Positions 40,001-52,047 of a stretch of DNA of 64,000 nucleotides are shown here, in pieces; the stretch's first letter is position 1; every line of letters starts with the position of its first letter. The position numbers and the translations under genes are program-made. The notes under the pieces are model-generated. The model saw only the letters and a program-made list of their open reading frames with translations. It was not told where the DNA came from and ran no database searches. Source of the DNA: Octopus sinensis (lineage: Eukaryota); the NCBI RefSeq assembly GCF_006345805.1, contig NC_043015.1, positions 16,182,001 through 16,246,000 on the forward strand, read 5' to 3'.

Positions 40001-41291
40001 TCTCCTCATAGTTTGAAACCTTAATCTCTTATTTTTTCAGAAACACATTTTTCATGCTCAACATGCTGAGCATGGGATTCACTTTTAATTAATACATTAT
40101 CCAGACCATTGTGAAGTCACACCCTGCATGCATCACATATGGAATATAATCAGAGCAAATTTTATGCCAAATGGGGGCCAGTTAAATTTGTAAAGACCTT
40201 TATGGGTATTGTTAGCAACTTAATACATTCATCTTCTACTTGTATTTGTAAGTAAACATCAGAAAGATCTCATTTTGAGAACAAATTTTCACCATTTAAT
40301 TTTGAGAGATTTCCTCTGAACTAGGTAATAGCTTTGCTGTTAATTAAACCTTGCATGAAAATTAAGCATTTAAACATATCTAGTGTTAGTTCATTAATTT
40401 TTAATCCCTTGCATTCCCCATTAACAATACCAGTGTATGTAATAAAATATTTGTTCTTCTTTTTTGTAATATTTATGTATTGCCAGTGCATATTAAATAA
40501 AGAGATTTTTTCACGAAAGCTCTTTGATAGAATATTCACTGTTTTTTCAAAACAGACTTCACCTGATATCTTTGGTAATATGTAATTGCAATATTTCTCA
40601 TGCTCAGCTGGTGCCAACTTTCTCAACAGGAATTGAATTTTTTCTCATCTTACCAGTCACATTCTTCTCTAAAATTTCTTCATACCTTCAAAAGTAAGCA
40701 GAGAAGGTAGTGTGCTCCTCTGGGTTATATGCAAACTCTCTGATTGAGTTTACAAGTGTCAGAAGTGAACATACTAAAAGTATTTTCTGTTTTCTTCTGT
40801 ATCAGTTGTACTAAAAGTTGCTGTTGCTTCTGAAATTTCAACAACTGCTGTTGTTGCTGTTTTTATAATTCCAACAACTGTTGCTGATGATGTCGTTGTT
40901 GCTGTAATTGAATTACTGAATATAGTAAACCTTCCATGTTCAAGCAAAAATCTGTCCAGCAGGAGCTTTGAATAATCTTGTCACCAAAAATGTTATGACA
41001 TGGGTCTGGTGTAAAATGGTATTATACAAATATATAGTTGATTGTGGTTATCTAAAAATAACCTATCACAGAAATATATGTTGAACGCACACTGTACTAC
41101 TTGAATATAGGTACAATACTCAGTATTCAACTACTAACTGTTAAACCAACACATGTTGAACTAACACGGTAAATGAACACAGTCAAACTAACACCATCAA
41201 CTACTCCCACTGACAGTTCACTCAGTTCTTATTTATTATAATCAGTTAGTCCACCTTCAGTTACATGGTGGTGTTCAGGATGCTCCCATAA
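37010..41291 (-). mobile_element. Ty3/Gypsy element with ~300-bp LTRs, degenerate and partly deleted
   Basis: LTRs at ~37010-37319 and ~40990-41291, PBS-like TGGTGACAAG at ~40977-40986, PPT next to 37320. Domains: gag KYCNYILP, RT KYLGQII, RNase H SDAS, integrase PWSRLYVDFAGPLN. Confidence 0.85.
39123..39954. mobile_element. 832-bp foldback DNA transposon (MITE) with 8-bp TSD and internal telomeric repeats
   Basis: The whole element is an inverted repeat centred near 39558, with termini GGATCTTTTC / GAAAAGATCC and TSD ATAATTTG at 39115-39122 and 39955-39962. (CCCTAA)n lies at 39416-39477. Confidence 0.9.
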
Positions 41292-41295
41292 GTGT

Positions 41296-41342
41296 ATGTA
41301 TATCTATATATATGTATATGTATATACATATTTATGTATGTG

Positions 41343-41392
<50 letters not shown>

Positions 41393-41429
41393 TATATATA
41401 CATATACATATATACATATACATATATAT
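41296..41429. repeat. (TA)n/(TATG)n microsatellite
   Basis: Seen directly. Confidence 0.9.
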
Positions 41430-41738
41430 AAGGTGGATGCGCACTGGCCCAGTGGTTAGGGAAGTGGACTCGCAGTCATAGGATTGCGGTTTCGATTCCC
41501 AACTGGGCGTTGTGGGTGTTTATTGAGCGAAAACACCTAAAAAGCTCCATGAGGCTCTGGCAGGGGGGTGGTAATCCCTGCTGTACTCTTTCACCACAAC
41601 TTTCTCTCATTCTTTCTTCTGTTGGCCTGCTTGCTTAGCCAGCGGGGTGGCGTCATTTGAAGGCTAAAACAATGCGAAGCGCATTGTGACCAGCGATGTG
41701 TAGCAACATCTGATAGCCTGGTCGGTCATGTGATTACA
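41430..41738 (+). mobile_element. tRNA-derived SINE family C
   Basis: A-box TGGCCCAGTGGTTAGG, B-box GGTTTCGATTCCC, body and tail ending gtcggtcatgtgat. Confidence 0.8.
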
Positions 41739-41751
41739 CATATATATATAT

Positions 41752-41783
<32 letters not shown>

Positions 41784-41869
41784 TATATATATATATATAT
41801 ATATAATATATATATATATATCATCATCATCATCATCATCATCGTTTAACGTCCGTATATATATATATA

Positions 41870-43115
41870 CGAGGGGCGTTCAATAAGTAATGCCCCTGAC
41901 CCACTTCCTATAGCAGTAGAGCAACGAAACCTGACACAGTTATTAGTCTTTGTCTACATAGGAAACACCCAGAGTTACGCATTTCTCTCATCGTTTGATG
42001 CAGCTCTGGAGACCGTTTTTGTAGAAGACCCCAGCTTGGTCCTCCAACCACGACGTGACTTCAGAAATCAAGGCTGCATCATCTGGAAAATGCTTTCCTT
42101 TCAAAAACAACTTCATGGCTGGGAAGGGGTGAAAATCAGAGGGTGCAAGGTCAGGAGAGTAGGGGGGATGGGGTGGAGTTCATAGCCGCACGCCTGTGCT
42201 TCTGATCTGGCGACAAGCGAGTTGTGGACCGGAGAATTGTCCTGCAGGAGGAGGATGCCTTTGCTGATCTTGCCCCGCCTCTTGATTTTGATAGCTTCTC
42301 TTAATTTCCTCAAAAGTGAAGCATAATAGGCTCCTGTAATTGTAGTACCCTTTGCCAGGAAATCTGTCATTACTACACCGTCCTGGTCCCAGAAGACTGT
42401 GAGCATGACCTTGCCAGCGGAGGGCTGTACCCTTGCCTTCTTTGGAGGAGGTGAGTCATGGTGCTTCCACTGCATTGACTGAGCTTTGGTCTCTGGATCA
42501 TAGTGATGGACCCAGGTTTCATCCTGTGTTATCAGTCTTTTGAAAAATTTTGACTCATCTTCTTGGCACATCTCCAAATTCATCCTCGTGCACTTGACGC
42601 GTTCTTGCTTCTGGAAAGGTGTGAGCAACCTGGGAATCCATCTTGCAGACACCTTTTCCATATCCAAATGGCCATGAATGATAGTTTCCACAGACCCGGT
42701 ACTAATCTTGACCTCATGGGCTATTTCGCGAATAGTTATGCGTCGATCTTCCAAAATGGCAGCCTCAACTTGACGGACAGATGCCCCATCAATGGCAGAA
42801 AGGGGGCGACCAGATCTGGGAGCTGTTTCCTCAGAGTTCCGACCATGTTTAAATTCACGATGCCAGCGTTTTACAAGGTCATATGATGGGGCATCCTCAC
42901 CATAAGTTACTTTCATTTCATCAAAAGTCTTCCGTGGTGTGCGTCCTTTCAAATACAAAAACCGGATCACTGCTCGACACTCAACAGGCTCCATTTCATA
43001 CTTGACTCAGTTCAAACACCTGTAAATCAGAAACCGCAATTAGTCCAGAGCTGTAATTTGCCACTTCATCTATAGAGATATAAATAATTGCACATGCAAA
43101 ATTTCAGCTAGATCA

Positions 43116-43116
<1 letters not shown>
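41870..43116 (-). mobile_element. Mariner (irritans/Himar-like, DD34D), one TIR lost
   Basis: The 3' TIR reads on + as TA|CGAGGGGCGTTCAATAAGTAATG; the 5' end is replaced by (TA)n. Confidence 0.9.
41943..42994 (-). pseudogene. Mariner transposase pseudogene (~350 aa; one frameshift, one nonsense codon)
   Basis: WIPRLLT, QDETWVHHYDPETK, QDNSPVH. A 1-nt deletion near 42172 precedes HPPYSPDLAPSD, and TGG>TGA occurs at 41990-41988. Confidence 0.9.
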
Positions 43117-43147
<31 letters not shown>

Positions 43148-43169
43148 CATATATATATATACATATACA

Positions 43170-43430
43170 ATGCAAAGCAGCTTGCACAACATTGCCTAGT
43201 AAAATTTGGGAACTGAAAACGAATAATATAGAATTCAACATGAAATGGGATATAGTAAGAAAAGCATGGCCTTATAAAAACGGTGGAGATGGTTGTGAAC
43301 TTTGTTCTATGGAAACATATGAAATTTTAAAACATAGGAGTAATACAAATCTGTTAAATAACCGTTCGGAGCTAGGATTATCTTGCATACATCACACAAC
43401 CAGTACGTTTAAATATTTTAAATAATAATA
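43170..43430 (+). mobile_element. Penelope GIY-YIG 3' fragment
   Basis: KIWELK..IEFNMKWDIV.KA.PY..G...CELCS.E..EIL...LLNNRSEL. Confidence 0.75.
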
Positions 43431-44899
43431 TTGTGACTATTCCTAAATTTTTCAAATTCTAATTCTTTATAACCAAATAAGAATGAATATACCATACTGG
43501 TTTTTAATTCAACATACATAGATTACTAAAAAACTTCATTGCAAACTTGGATTTAAATTCTCCCATTTTTCTTTTTTTTTTTTTTTGATAATCTCCTATA
43601 CTAAATAGTATAAAGTTTATGTCCCTAAAGAAACTACTCAGTTCACCTTGATTATCTCACTTCCATTTCTTAATATATCATTAACCTAGGATATTTTTAC
43701 CTAACTAATTAGCCTTTCTCCTTGGGTAGTAAATATTATGTCTAACAGATTCTATATTTTAATTCATTAATAACATTCCACTATCTACGAAATCTGAGTA
43801 ATTTACTCTTCTTAATTACTTCTCTTCATAAAAATAAATCACCTTCTACTAAACCTACAAATACCATTCTTCTTGATTACTCCTCTTCCAGTTTCCCTAT
43901 TATATATATTTGACCCCTAATATATTCACTTGATTAATAAGACTTTTGTCCTCAGTTAATATGTATTATGCCTACTCATAAGTGATAGATTTTTCTCCAA
44001 AATGAATAAATATTAGATTTATAATTTCTCCTTTAATCCAACATATCAAAATATTCAAAATCTACCAGCTAAGTATAAAGTTGATGTATATAAGTATAAA
44101 AGAATCTCTGTATTCTCTATAAGTGGTCACTGTGACCATTTGACATTGACCTAGTTTTCCTAATACAAAATCTGTTTGCCAAATAGTAGTAAACAGCCTC
44201 TGTAGCATTACAACCCTCTCTCTACCTTAATTTCTTTATATAGAACTTGGACATCTATTTCACCCTTATTTCTATAAATAGAAAATCTTTCTTGTCTCCT
44301 TTCAGTTGATCATTCTTTCCAAACCTTCTAGCAGTTCAAAACAACTGAATATTCTGAATATTCTTCAGTCAGTTGATAAACTCTACTACCTTAATGTTCT
44401 TAAAATTTAAATCGACATCTTTGTCTGGTGTGGTTAATAAGAGCTATGTATCCCTAACTTAAAGGTTGTGGAGAGTTCGTATATTTGCAAAGGAAGCCAT
44501 AAGGGTAAATTTTATATCTAGCAAGAGTGCGATTTCATGGGTAAAGACAAAGTTTCAGAATACTATTTAGGTTTGAGGAGTGCAATGGAAAGGAAAAGAA
44601 AAAGATAGAAGAGGGGTAATATAATGTGTAAAAGGGTTGGTAGTTCTCGACTGAAAAGAATTATATGAAAAAAGTAGGCTAGGGTAGAAAGTAGATTAAG
44701 TATATTAATATTTATTGATAATGTGGATTGGGGTAGGCTAGTGTAAGATATAGCTATTTTTATTTATTTATAATGTGGGTTGGATAAGCATAAGCTAGTT
44801 AGGTTCAGGAAGGTTAAGGGAAGGTAATATGCTGATAAGTAGGTCTGCTAATAACATTTAAGCTTGGAGAAAGTGGTGTATATAGGAATGAGGTTTAAC

Positions 44900-45250
44900 A
44901 AAACTAAGAGAATACGAATTGGCCTTTATGCAAACAAAAAAATTTAGTTTTCATATTTTTTATTAAGTAGAGTTGATTTGGCCATTAAAATTAGTAGTTT
45001 TTCTGTTATACAAAGCTCACAGCACTTATTGTTAATGGTATATGACGAAGTTTTTACTAGGATACGCCACTCTAAACGATAGTTGATTTTTTTGTCGTTT
45101 AATTCCCAGATGTAGCTACTAAGTCCTGTAGAGTTTGCTTTACTTCTATTTCTAAAGGTAGATTGGTGGGAATTGTATCTAAGTATCATTAATTTTTCAT
45201 GGCTCCTATATAAGATTTCTTATGGTTATTTGCATTGGTATATTACGCAT
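44900..45250 (-). mobile_element. Penelope GIY-YIG 3' fragment
   Basis: RYNSHQSTFRN....STGLSSYIWEL.....WRIL....Y....CELCITEKLLI. Confidence 0.8.
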
Positions 45251-45799
45251 TTTGTTTGACACCTATTTGAGAATTGACACTTATTTCTGTCTCTGCAGCC
45301 ACATAAATTATTCAGTTTATCTGTGCTTGTGTTATGTTGAGGGGGGGGGGGTTATTATTTATCAGGTCGTTGACTGTGTTGTTTGAGAGTGGATTATTAG
45401 GGACAAGATTTGTTCCATTTGCCTGTTGGCAGTTATGTTTCATGTTGGTATTTTTCCTAGTTTCGTAGAAGGCTTATTATTGTTGATCGAGAATGTGATG
45501 GTAGCTAGGTTACTAATTAAGCTATGGCCTACTCTAATCTTATTCTTAAAGATTCCTGAGTATTTGTTATTTAAGTTCAAGTAAGTCTCACTATGGAGTG
45601 AACTATGTTATATTTCAGCTGCATTATGAAGGGGATTATTAACCAGATCGTATCAGTATTTCGTTTATTTATATCTTTATTATTTTGGGTGTAGAAGCTA
45701 TCCTCAGTGTTTGTGTATAGTGTAAAGTTGTTGTTATTATTATTATATTTCTTTCTATAGTTACTCTTATTTTTATTACTGTTAGGGTCAGTTTTATTG

Positions 45800-46330
45800 G
45801 GGTTATTTCTGTACGGTTTTCTTAAGTTATATTCTTAAGGCAACAATCATCATTACAAAAGTCACACAACAACTAAATTTTGTTCTTCCTGCATTTGTAT
45901 CTGCTCCAGAATCTCTTGGAGATGGAGTACTCAGCATCCTCTTCCTCCAAATCATCTGCACTTCCTGTTTTCTGCCATTTTGGAGTAAGTGAACCTCCTT
46001 CCTTTCCACTCTTAAACTTTTGTTGCTTCTTTAGTGCATATTTTGCTGTACATTCTTCTGCTTCAGTTTTGAAGCAGTGTAAATATCAATAATTACATGA
46101 AACTACTGCTAAAACACTTTCAGACACTGGTAAATATTTTTAAGGTGTCAAAGACTTAATTATTTTCTTCAGTTTATAGAAGCCTATGAACTATATCTAT
46201 TGTGCCCCACTTTTGAATTTCCAAGGATATTTCCTTTATCCAACTTAAGATGGGCAAAGAAGATGCTCTAAATATACTTCTAATACAAAAAATTTTTAAT
46301 TGGAGTAATTGCAGCACTGCAAAGTTTTTG
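45800..46330 (-). mobile_element. Possible pogo/Fot1-like transposase C-terminus with decayed PHD-like tail
   Basis: An acidic stretch followed by a Cys-rich FWS..KC...CDFC.D..C segment; weak. Confidence 0.3.
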
Positions 46331-46439
46331 ACAATCCAAAATTGGCTAGTCTAGCGAGAGAGGTCTGTGATCCAGAATGAAATACTTCAAATGAAGACAT
46401 CAGGAAAAATACAACATTTACATTAGCAGGAGGGATGAT

Positions 46440-47270
46440 AATGATCATCATCATCAATATCATTTAACATTGATTTTCCATGTTGGCATGGGCTGAATGG
46501 CTTGAGAGGAACTGGTAAAGCCAGAGGTTGCACCAGATTCTACAGTCTGTTTTGGCTTGGTTTCTACAGCTGGATGCCCTTCCTAATGCCAACTACTCCA
46601 GAGTGTACAGGGTACTTTATATGTGGCGCCATCACAAGTACGTTTTAAGTGGCACCAGCACCAGTGCTTTTTATTTGGCACCTTGGTTTTAGGATCTCAA
46701 TTCTGTTGTGGTGGTTGGGTTTTCCCTAGTACAACAATGTGCCACATACCTTGGTCCTATGTTGTCTCGTTTGCAAGGTTCAGCATTTTAAGACCAGCCT
46801 TCAAAACTTCATCCCATGTCTTCCTAGGTCTCCCTTTCCCACAACTTCCTTTCATCTTAAGTGATCAGCACTTGTTCATGCAACTGTATTCATCCATCCA
46901 CATCACATGACCAAACCGGCAGTCTCCTCTCTTGTACATTGCATCTAATTCCTCTTATGCCCAACTTCTCTCTCAATACATCAATGTTGTCACACATCCA
47001 CATTGACATTGCACCTCCAGCAGAGCATACCAGCATCACATCCTCCACATTCAGAGCCCACATCACACTACCATGCAGCAGCATCACAGTTTGTACACAT
47101 GCATCATACAATCTTCCCTCCACTTAGAGAGAGATTAGAGAGAGAGACCTTTGGTTGCCAACAGAGGTAAAAGCCCTCTGAACTTTCTCCACCCTATACT
47201 TATTCTAGCTATTACACTTTCTGTACAATTCCATCTGCTGCTAATTAGGTCACCTAGGTAGCAAAAACTG
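46440..47270 (-). mobile_element. RTE-clade LINE 3' portion (RT C-terminus, 3' UTR, (GAT)n tail)
   Basis: FCYLGDLIS..ARI.IGWRKFRGLLPLL; GRLYDACVQTVML.GS..WAL; LREKLGIR.I..VQERRL; GRPRKTWDEV. Confidence 0.8.
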
Positions 47271-47277
47271 TAGTTGT

Positions 47278-47761
47278 GTGAGTGTCTCCTTCGATTTAGA
47301 TTCCTAACTACTCCCACATTTTGCGGTGCAGTTTAACCAAATTCGGGTATCTTATAGTCGTGATTCATATCGAGCCCGTCTGAGTATTAGCGTGCGTCTA
47401 CGATGAGTCTACGATTTTAAAAATAATTTAACATAATTTTTTATTCCATTTTAATGCATAATTTTTCGTGTGTTGATGGCGGCGGAGATGGCGTCCATGG
47501 TCACACCTGCACCTGTTTGCTTCTCCCCCTTCTTCCCTCCCTCGTGAAGCTGTGGGGAAGGGAGTGTAAGGAAATCAACGTCGTAAAGCGTTGTCAAGGA
47601 GACCAGCGTTCTTTTAGAACAATGACTTCATGGCTTGAAGACACCAAAACAGAAATGGCTAAGAAAGCCCGAATTGGCATCTATAAGGGAAGTAACTCTC
47701 TAAAAATGCTTATATAGTTATTTCCCTTACAAACCCGAGCAACGCCGGGCGATACTGCTAG
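47278..47761 (+). mobile_element. Non-autonomous Helitron, 5' truncated
   Basis: 3' hairpin CCCG-agcaacgc-CGGG followed by CTAG|T; the body is shared with 47906-48303. Confidence 0.75.
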
Positions 47762-47905
47762 TATTTACTAAAATTTAACTGTAGATGTGTGTGTGAGGAT
47801 ATGTGTGTAATTCCATATACTTAAGGCTGTGTATCTCATGCTGTGCTTTATGAGACATGTTTATATATATGCGCACGGGTAAGTATGCAGACACACGTAC
47901 ACACA

Positions 47906-48303
47906 TCTTTATATATAAAAGTGAGGTTGTGTGCTGTCTGTCTCCTACAATTTAGATTCCTAACTACTCCCACATTTTGCGGTGCTGTTTAACCAAAACC
48001 GGGTATCTTATAGTCGTGATTCATATCGAGCCCTTCTGGGTATTAGCGTGCGTCTACGATGAGTCTACGATTTAAAAAAAAATTACCATCAATTTTTCCC
48101 ATTTTAATGCATTTTTGGCATATATATAAGGGAAGTAACTCTCTAAAAATTTATTATTAAATCTCAGAACGTAAAAAGCTACAGTAACCCCCCCCCCCTT
48201 TGTGGTTAGCCATATTGAGATGGCTATTATACTTTACATCTCTAAAAATGCTTATATAGTTATTTCCCTTACAAACCCGAGCAACGCCGGGCGATACTGC
48301 TAG
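47906..48303 (+). mobile_element. Non-autonomous Helitron, complete
   Basis: A|TCTTTATATATAAA 5' end, 3' GC hairpin plus CTAG|T, no TSD. Confidence 0.85.
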
Positions 48304-48479
48304 TACAGGATAAACTTAAAGCAAGTAGTGGCAGATTGCTGTAAACTGACCACTCTCTACAACAATATCAAATTTCAGTCCCCCCCACCCCACCCGGAAA
48401 TAAGAAGTAATTTATGACACCACCACATCAAAACCTAGATCTTATCCTCAACTCTTTTAGCATCTTATCTCTTTATTTT

Positions 48480-48900
48480 AATTCTTTTGTTTTTACGATT
48501 ATCTTATATCTTTTTATATTTCTTTATATTTTTATACTTTATATTTTTATACTTTATGTTTTTACATTTTATATTTTCTTGTTACTCTAATTTTTATATT
48601 TATTATATTTATTTATATATATTTATTTATTTGTGTTCCCAGCATTATTATCTTTTTTTCTTTTTTCCGACTTTATTACACTGACCCTTTACTTACATTA
48701 TCCCCTTACTTTGCTTCTACCTTTAGCGTTTTCTCTCTCTATTTTATCATCTTCCTTCTTTTTTCTCCTTTTTCTTTCTGTCTCTCTATTTCCCTTCTAA
48801 TCTTTCTCTCTTCTTTCTATCTATTTTCCTCTCCATGTTCTCCCTACTTTTTCTTCCTCTTTTTTTTTCCCTCTTTCCTTCTCCTTATTTCTATTTCCTT
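48480..48900. repeat. Low-complexity T/C-rich tract
   Basis: Seen directly. Confidence 0.8.
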
Positions 48901-49131
48901 ACAAGGGGAATGAACCCATTCAAATCTATTTAACATTCACTCTATGTTGACTGGTGATACAGTATGGACAGATTTTCGAAATCCAGTGATACCCTACACG
49001 CCTTTTTGGTAGTGAAATTTTACAAATACACTTTCTCAGGGAGATATAATATACCTATCATTATGGATAATACTACATGTACTTTTCATATTTTTCATAG
49101 TGTGATGTAACTTTTTGGAATAACAATGCAT

Positions 49132-49222
49132 GCGGCTGAAGAGAGCTTTAAACCATCTTTTATATCTATTATACACTGATGTAAGAGTGGGCCATTTATA
49201 AAGCTTGAAACACATGTACCGC
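49132..49222 (+). ncRNA. Type I hammerhead ribozyme motif with intact core in a Penelope pLTR-like segment (~48900-49320)
   Basis: GCGG-CTGAAGA-GAGCTTT...AAAGCTT-GAAAC-ACAT-GTA-CCGC; triplet GUA, predicted cleavage after 49218. Confidence 0.8.
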
Positions 49223-49320
49223 GACAGCCTTTGTGTTCTGTTTTTGATTTTATTTTATATATACCCTCTCACCTCTGCCACTAGCTGGCGTCTACAGGTG
49301 CTTACACTTATCAAGTATTC

Positions 49321-49356
<36 letters not shown>

Positions 49357-49856
49357 TATATATATATATATACTGTTCAAAAATTGACATTTTATAAACA
49401 ATTTTTGGCGATCTTTCGTCTCTAGTAGACCTTTCCGTCGATTTCCGTAAAAAAACTTTTTTTTTTTTTACATATGGGCTTGCGGGAACTTTTGAAGTAA
49501 TGAGAGCGAAAGAGACTAAGAGAAAGCGATTGTATGACGAGGGAAGTTCTTTTGAAGTTACCGTCCAGGGGAAGCATTGATGTACATGTGTGTGTGTTTG
49601 ATGGGGTGTGAGAGACAGAAAGTATGTTGTGTAAGTGAAGTGCTTCTGTTAGTGTGTGTGAAGAGACAGAGAGAGTAATGTGTGAAAGAGAGAGATAACG
49701 GATAACTGAAATTTTTTACTCGGTGTATGTGTATATGTATGTGTGTGTGTATGTATCTATGTATGTGTGTGTGTGTGTATGTATGTATGTGTATGTGTGT
49801 ATGTATGTATGGCCGATTCAGTGTTTACATTATTTCGAGTTAAAACGAAAGATCAC

Positions 49857-50147
49857 CTTTGCCGGTTTATGTAACGGTCTGCTATGTAGAAAATAATGAG
49901 GTTGACTCAATGGAATAATGACAGTGATCGAAGATATAGACAAATTTTATAACTCTCCCGTCTTTTTCTCACCATTTCACCATCGTCACATCAACAGAGA
50001 CATTAAGGCTGCACAGTAGCAGTCGACAAGGCATGTATAACGATTAAATAAATAAAAAATTTGTCTATATCTTCGATCACTGTCATTATTCCATTGAGTC
50101 AACCTCATTATTTTCTACATAGCAGACCGTTACATAAACAGGCAAAG
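49857..50147. mobile_element. Palindromic MITE with ~90-bp arms
   Basis: ttatgtaacggtctgctatgtagaaaataatgaggttgactcaatggaataatgacagtgatcgaagatatagacaaatttt and its reverse complement. Confidence 0.8.
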
Positions 50148-50185
50148 ACCTGAAATTTTATAACAATACTTTTCAAACGGCATAG

Positions 50186-50860
50186 ATTACGAGGTAATCT
50201 TTTAGTTTGTGAGGGCGCGTGGCTTAGTGGTTAGGGCATTCGGCTCATGATCGTAAGGTTGTGAGTTCGATTCCCGGCGACGAGTTGTGTCCTTGAGCAA
50301 GACACTTTATTTCACGTTGCTCCAGTCCACTCAGCTGGCAAAAATGAGTTGTACTTGTATTTCAAAGGGTCAGCCTTGTCACTCTCTGTGTCACGCTGAT
50401 TATCCCCGAGAACTACGTTAAGGGTACACGTGTCTGTGGAATGCTCAGCCATTTGCACGTTAATTTCACGAGCAAGCTGTTCTGTTGATTGTATCAGCTG
50501 GGACCCTCGTCGTCGTAACCGGCGGAGTCTTTTTTTAATCTTTTAGTTTAGTGTGTTTAAAAAGGTAAACAAGCACGAAATAACAAGGGGAGATAAATAA
50601 GTCAGCTGTCTCGTTATTCGACTAATAGAGTTAAATTCCAAAATTCCTCCAAAATTGATTCAGGGTCGAGGACTTCAGGTTCGGGAACAATGAATATAGG
50701 TGCCGCTAATCTTCCACGTACCATTTCGATCGATTCGAAAGTAAAAATGATCTCGGTGTAAATAAACAATGAAAGCCTATTATCTCCCCTAGTTGTTATT
50801 TTCCCTGTCATTTTTATTTACTTCTTTAAACACACTAAACTGAAAGATTACTGATTACGA
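50186..50860. mobile_element. MITE whose left TIR is interrupted by the SINE
   Basis: aatcttttagtttagtgtgtttaaa versus tttaaacacactaaactgaaagatt. Confidence 0.6.
50209..50535 (+). mobile_element. tRNA-derived SINE family B, full length, with 14-bp TSD
   Basis: A-box GGCTTAGTGGTTAGG, B-box GAGTTCGATTCCC, T tail; TSD taatcttttagttt at 50195-50208 and 50536-50549. Confidence 0.9.
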
Positions 50861-51551
50861 AATTCATAAATTATTTGGTTAAACTAAAGCGTAAGTTTTA
50901 AAAAATAAATTTTTAGATTCATTTATTTTTTGTCTGAGTAATAGAAAAAGGTTTTAAAAAAGATCCCATGTATCATGGTGGGAGGAAAAAAATTCATAAA
51001 TACGGTGTTGAATGTGGTTTAACTATAGGAAAGAAAGTTAAAGGCGATTTAGCTGTTGTTTTTAGCACATTTCCACCATTTGGATTTTTTTTTAAACGCT
51101 TTTCTATTACTCAAACAAAAAATAAATGAATCTAAAATTTTTATTTTCAAACTTTTTTCCATTACACCCAAGCAAAAAAATGATTTACGAGTTTCTTTCT
51201 CTTCGAAAGTCCTCTCCCCACCCCCTCGGAAAAAATTTCCCCACAAATTTTTTTATAATCGCAATCTGTGTTGTTTGAAAGGTATTTATATAAAATTTAG
51301 GCTAATCGAAAGATCGCCGTTTAGGCTAAATTACGGTATGAGTACCATAATTGTCAAATTTAAGGCACGTGTATTTGTTTGTTTCTGAAGAAGATCGTCG
51401 CATTCCGTAAAAAAATTATTATTTTTTTATATATGTGGGGTGTGGGAAGGGCATCTTTGGAAGTCGGCGTAAAAGCGAAAGAGACAGAGAGAGAGAGCGC
51501 GTGCCGTGTGTGTGCGCGTATGTGTGTGTGTCACTGAAGCCATTCATACAT

Positions 51552-52047
51552 CCATAGTGAGGAAAGGCTGTACACTGAGTCAATCCCACTCACTAAGCAA
51601 CAGCAGCCATAATCCGAAAAGAAGAACAAGTCAACATCATCGGTAACCACTGAGCCGCAGGTTTTATTTCGGAGTTATCCCAGTTACCTGAGTTACTTCT
51701 CCTAGAAGGATGCCCTAACAAAGGCTAGGAGTCCTTCACACCCAATGGTTTAACCGCGCGATCGGGTATTCAGTCCGATTATTTCTATGTCTCTGCGCAT
51801 GATACAGCCTTAAGACATTTATTGGATGGCCGTTGACTCTCAAGAGTTCCTCCGCCCTTTGACGGGTTTTGTTTTTCATCCCGCAGGGTGATCAATAAAT
51901 ACCCTCCTCACCAAGCAAGCTTGGTGGGGTTGCCGGTTTAGTCGCCCACGACCCGACCATGCAACAGGTTGTACGGGGTTACACGTTACCAGTAGCACTC
52001 GAAAGTGACCTGACATAAATACATACATACATAACAACCTGCGTGCG
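51552..52047. mobile_element. GC-rich ~0.5-kb insertion with 31-bp direct repeats, probably of non-LTR retroposon origin
   Basis: tgtgtgtgtgtcactgaagccattcatacat at 51521-51551 and 52048-52078; (CATA)n near the right end. Confidence 0.6.

Noticed and set aside
44350-45720. Partial hammerhead-like strings near the Penelope fragments (44365, 45460, 45705)
   Set aside because: Each lacks either CUGANGA or a paired stem II with GAAA.
50209-50285. tRNA gene (also 41435-41505 and other SINE heads)
   Set aside because: A and B boxes are present but there is no complete cloverleaf; they continue into SINE bodies, and one has a TSD.
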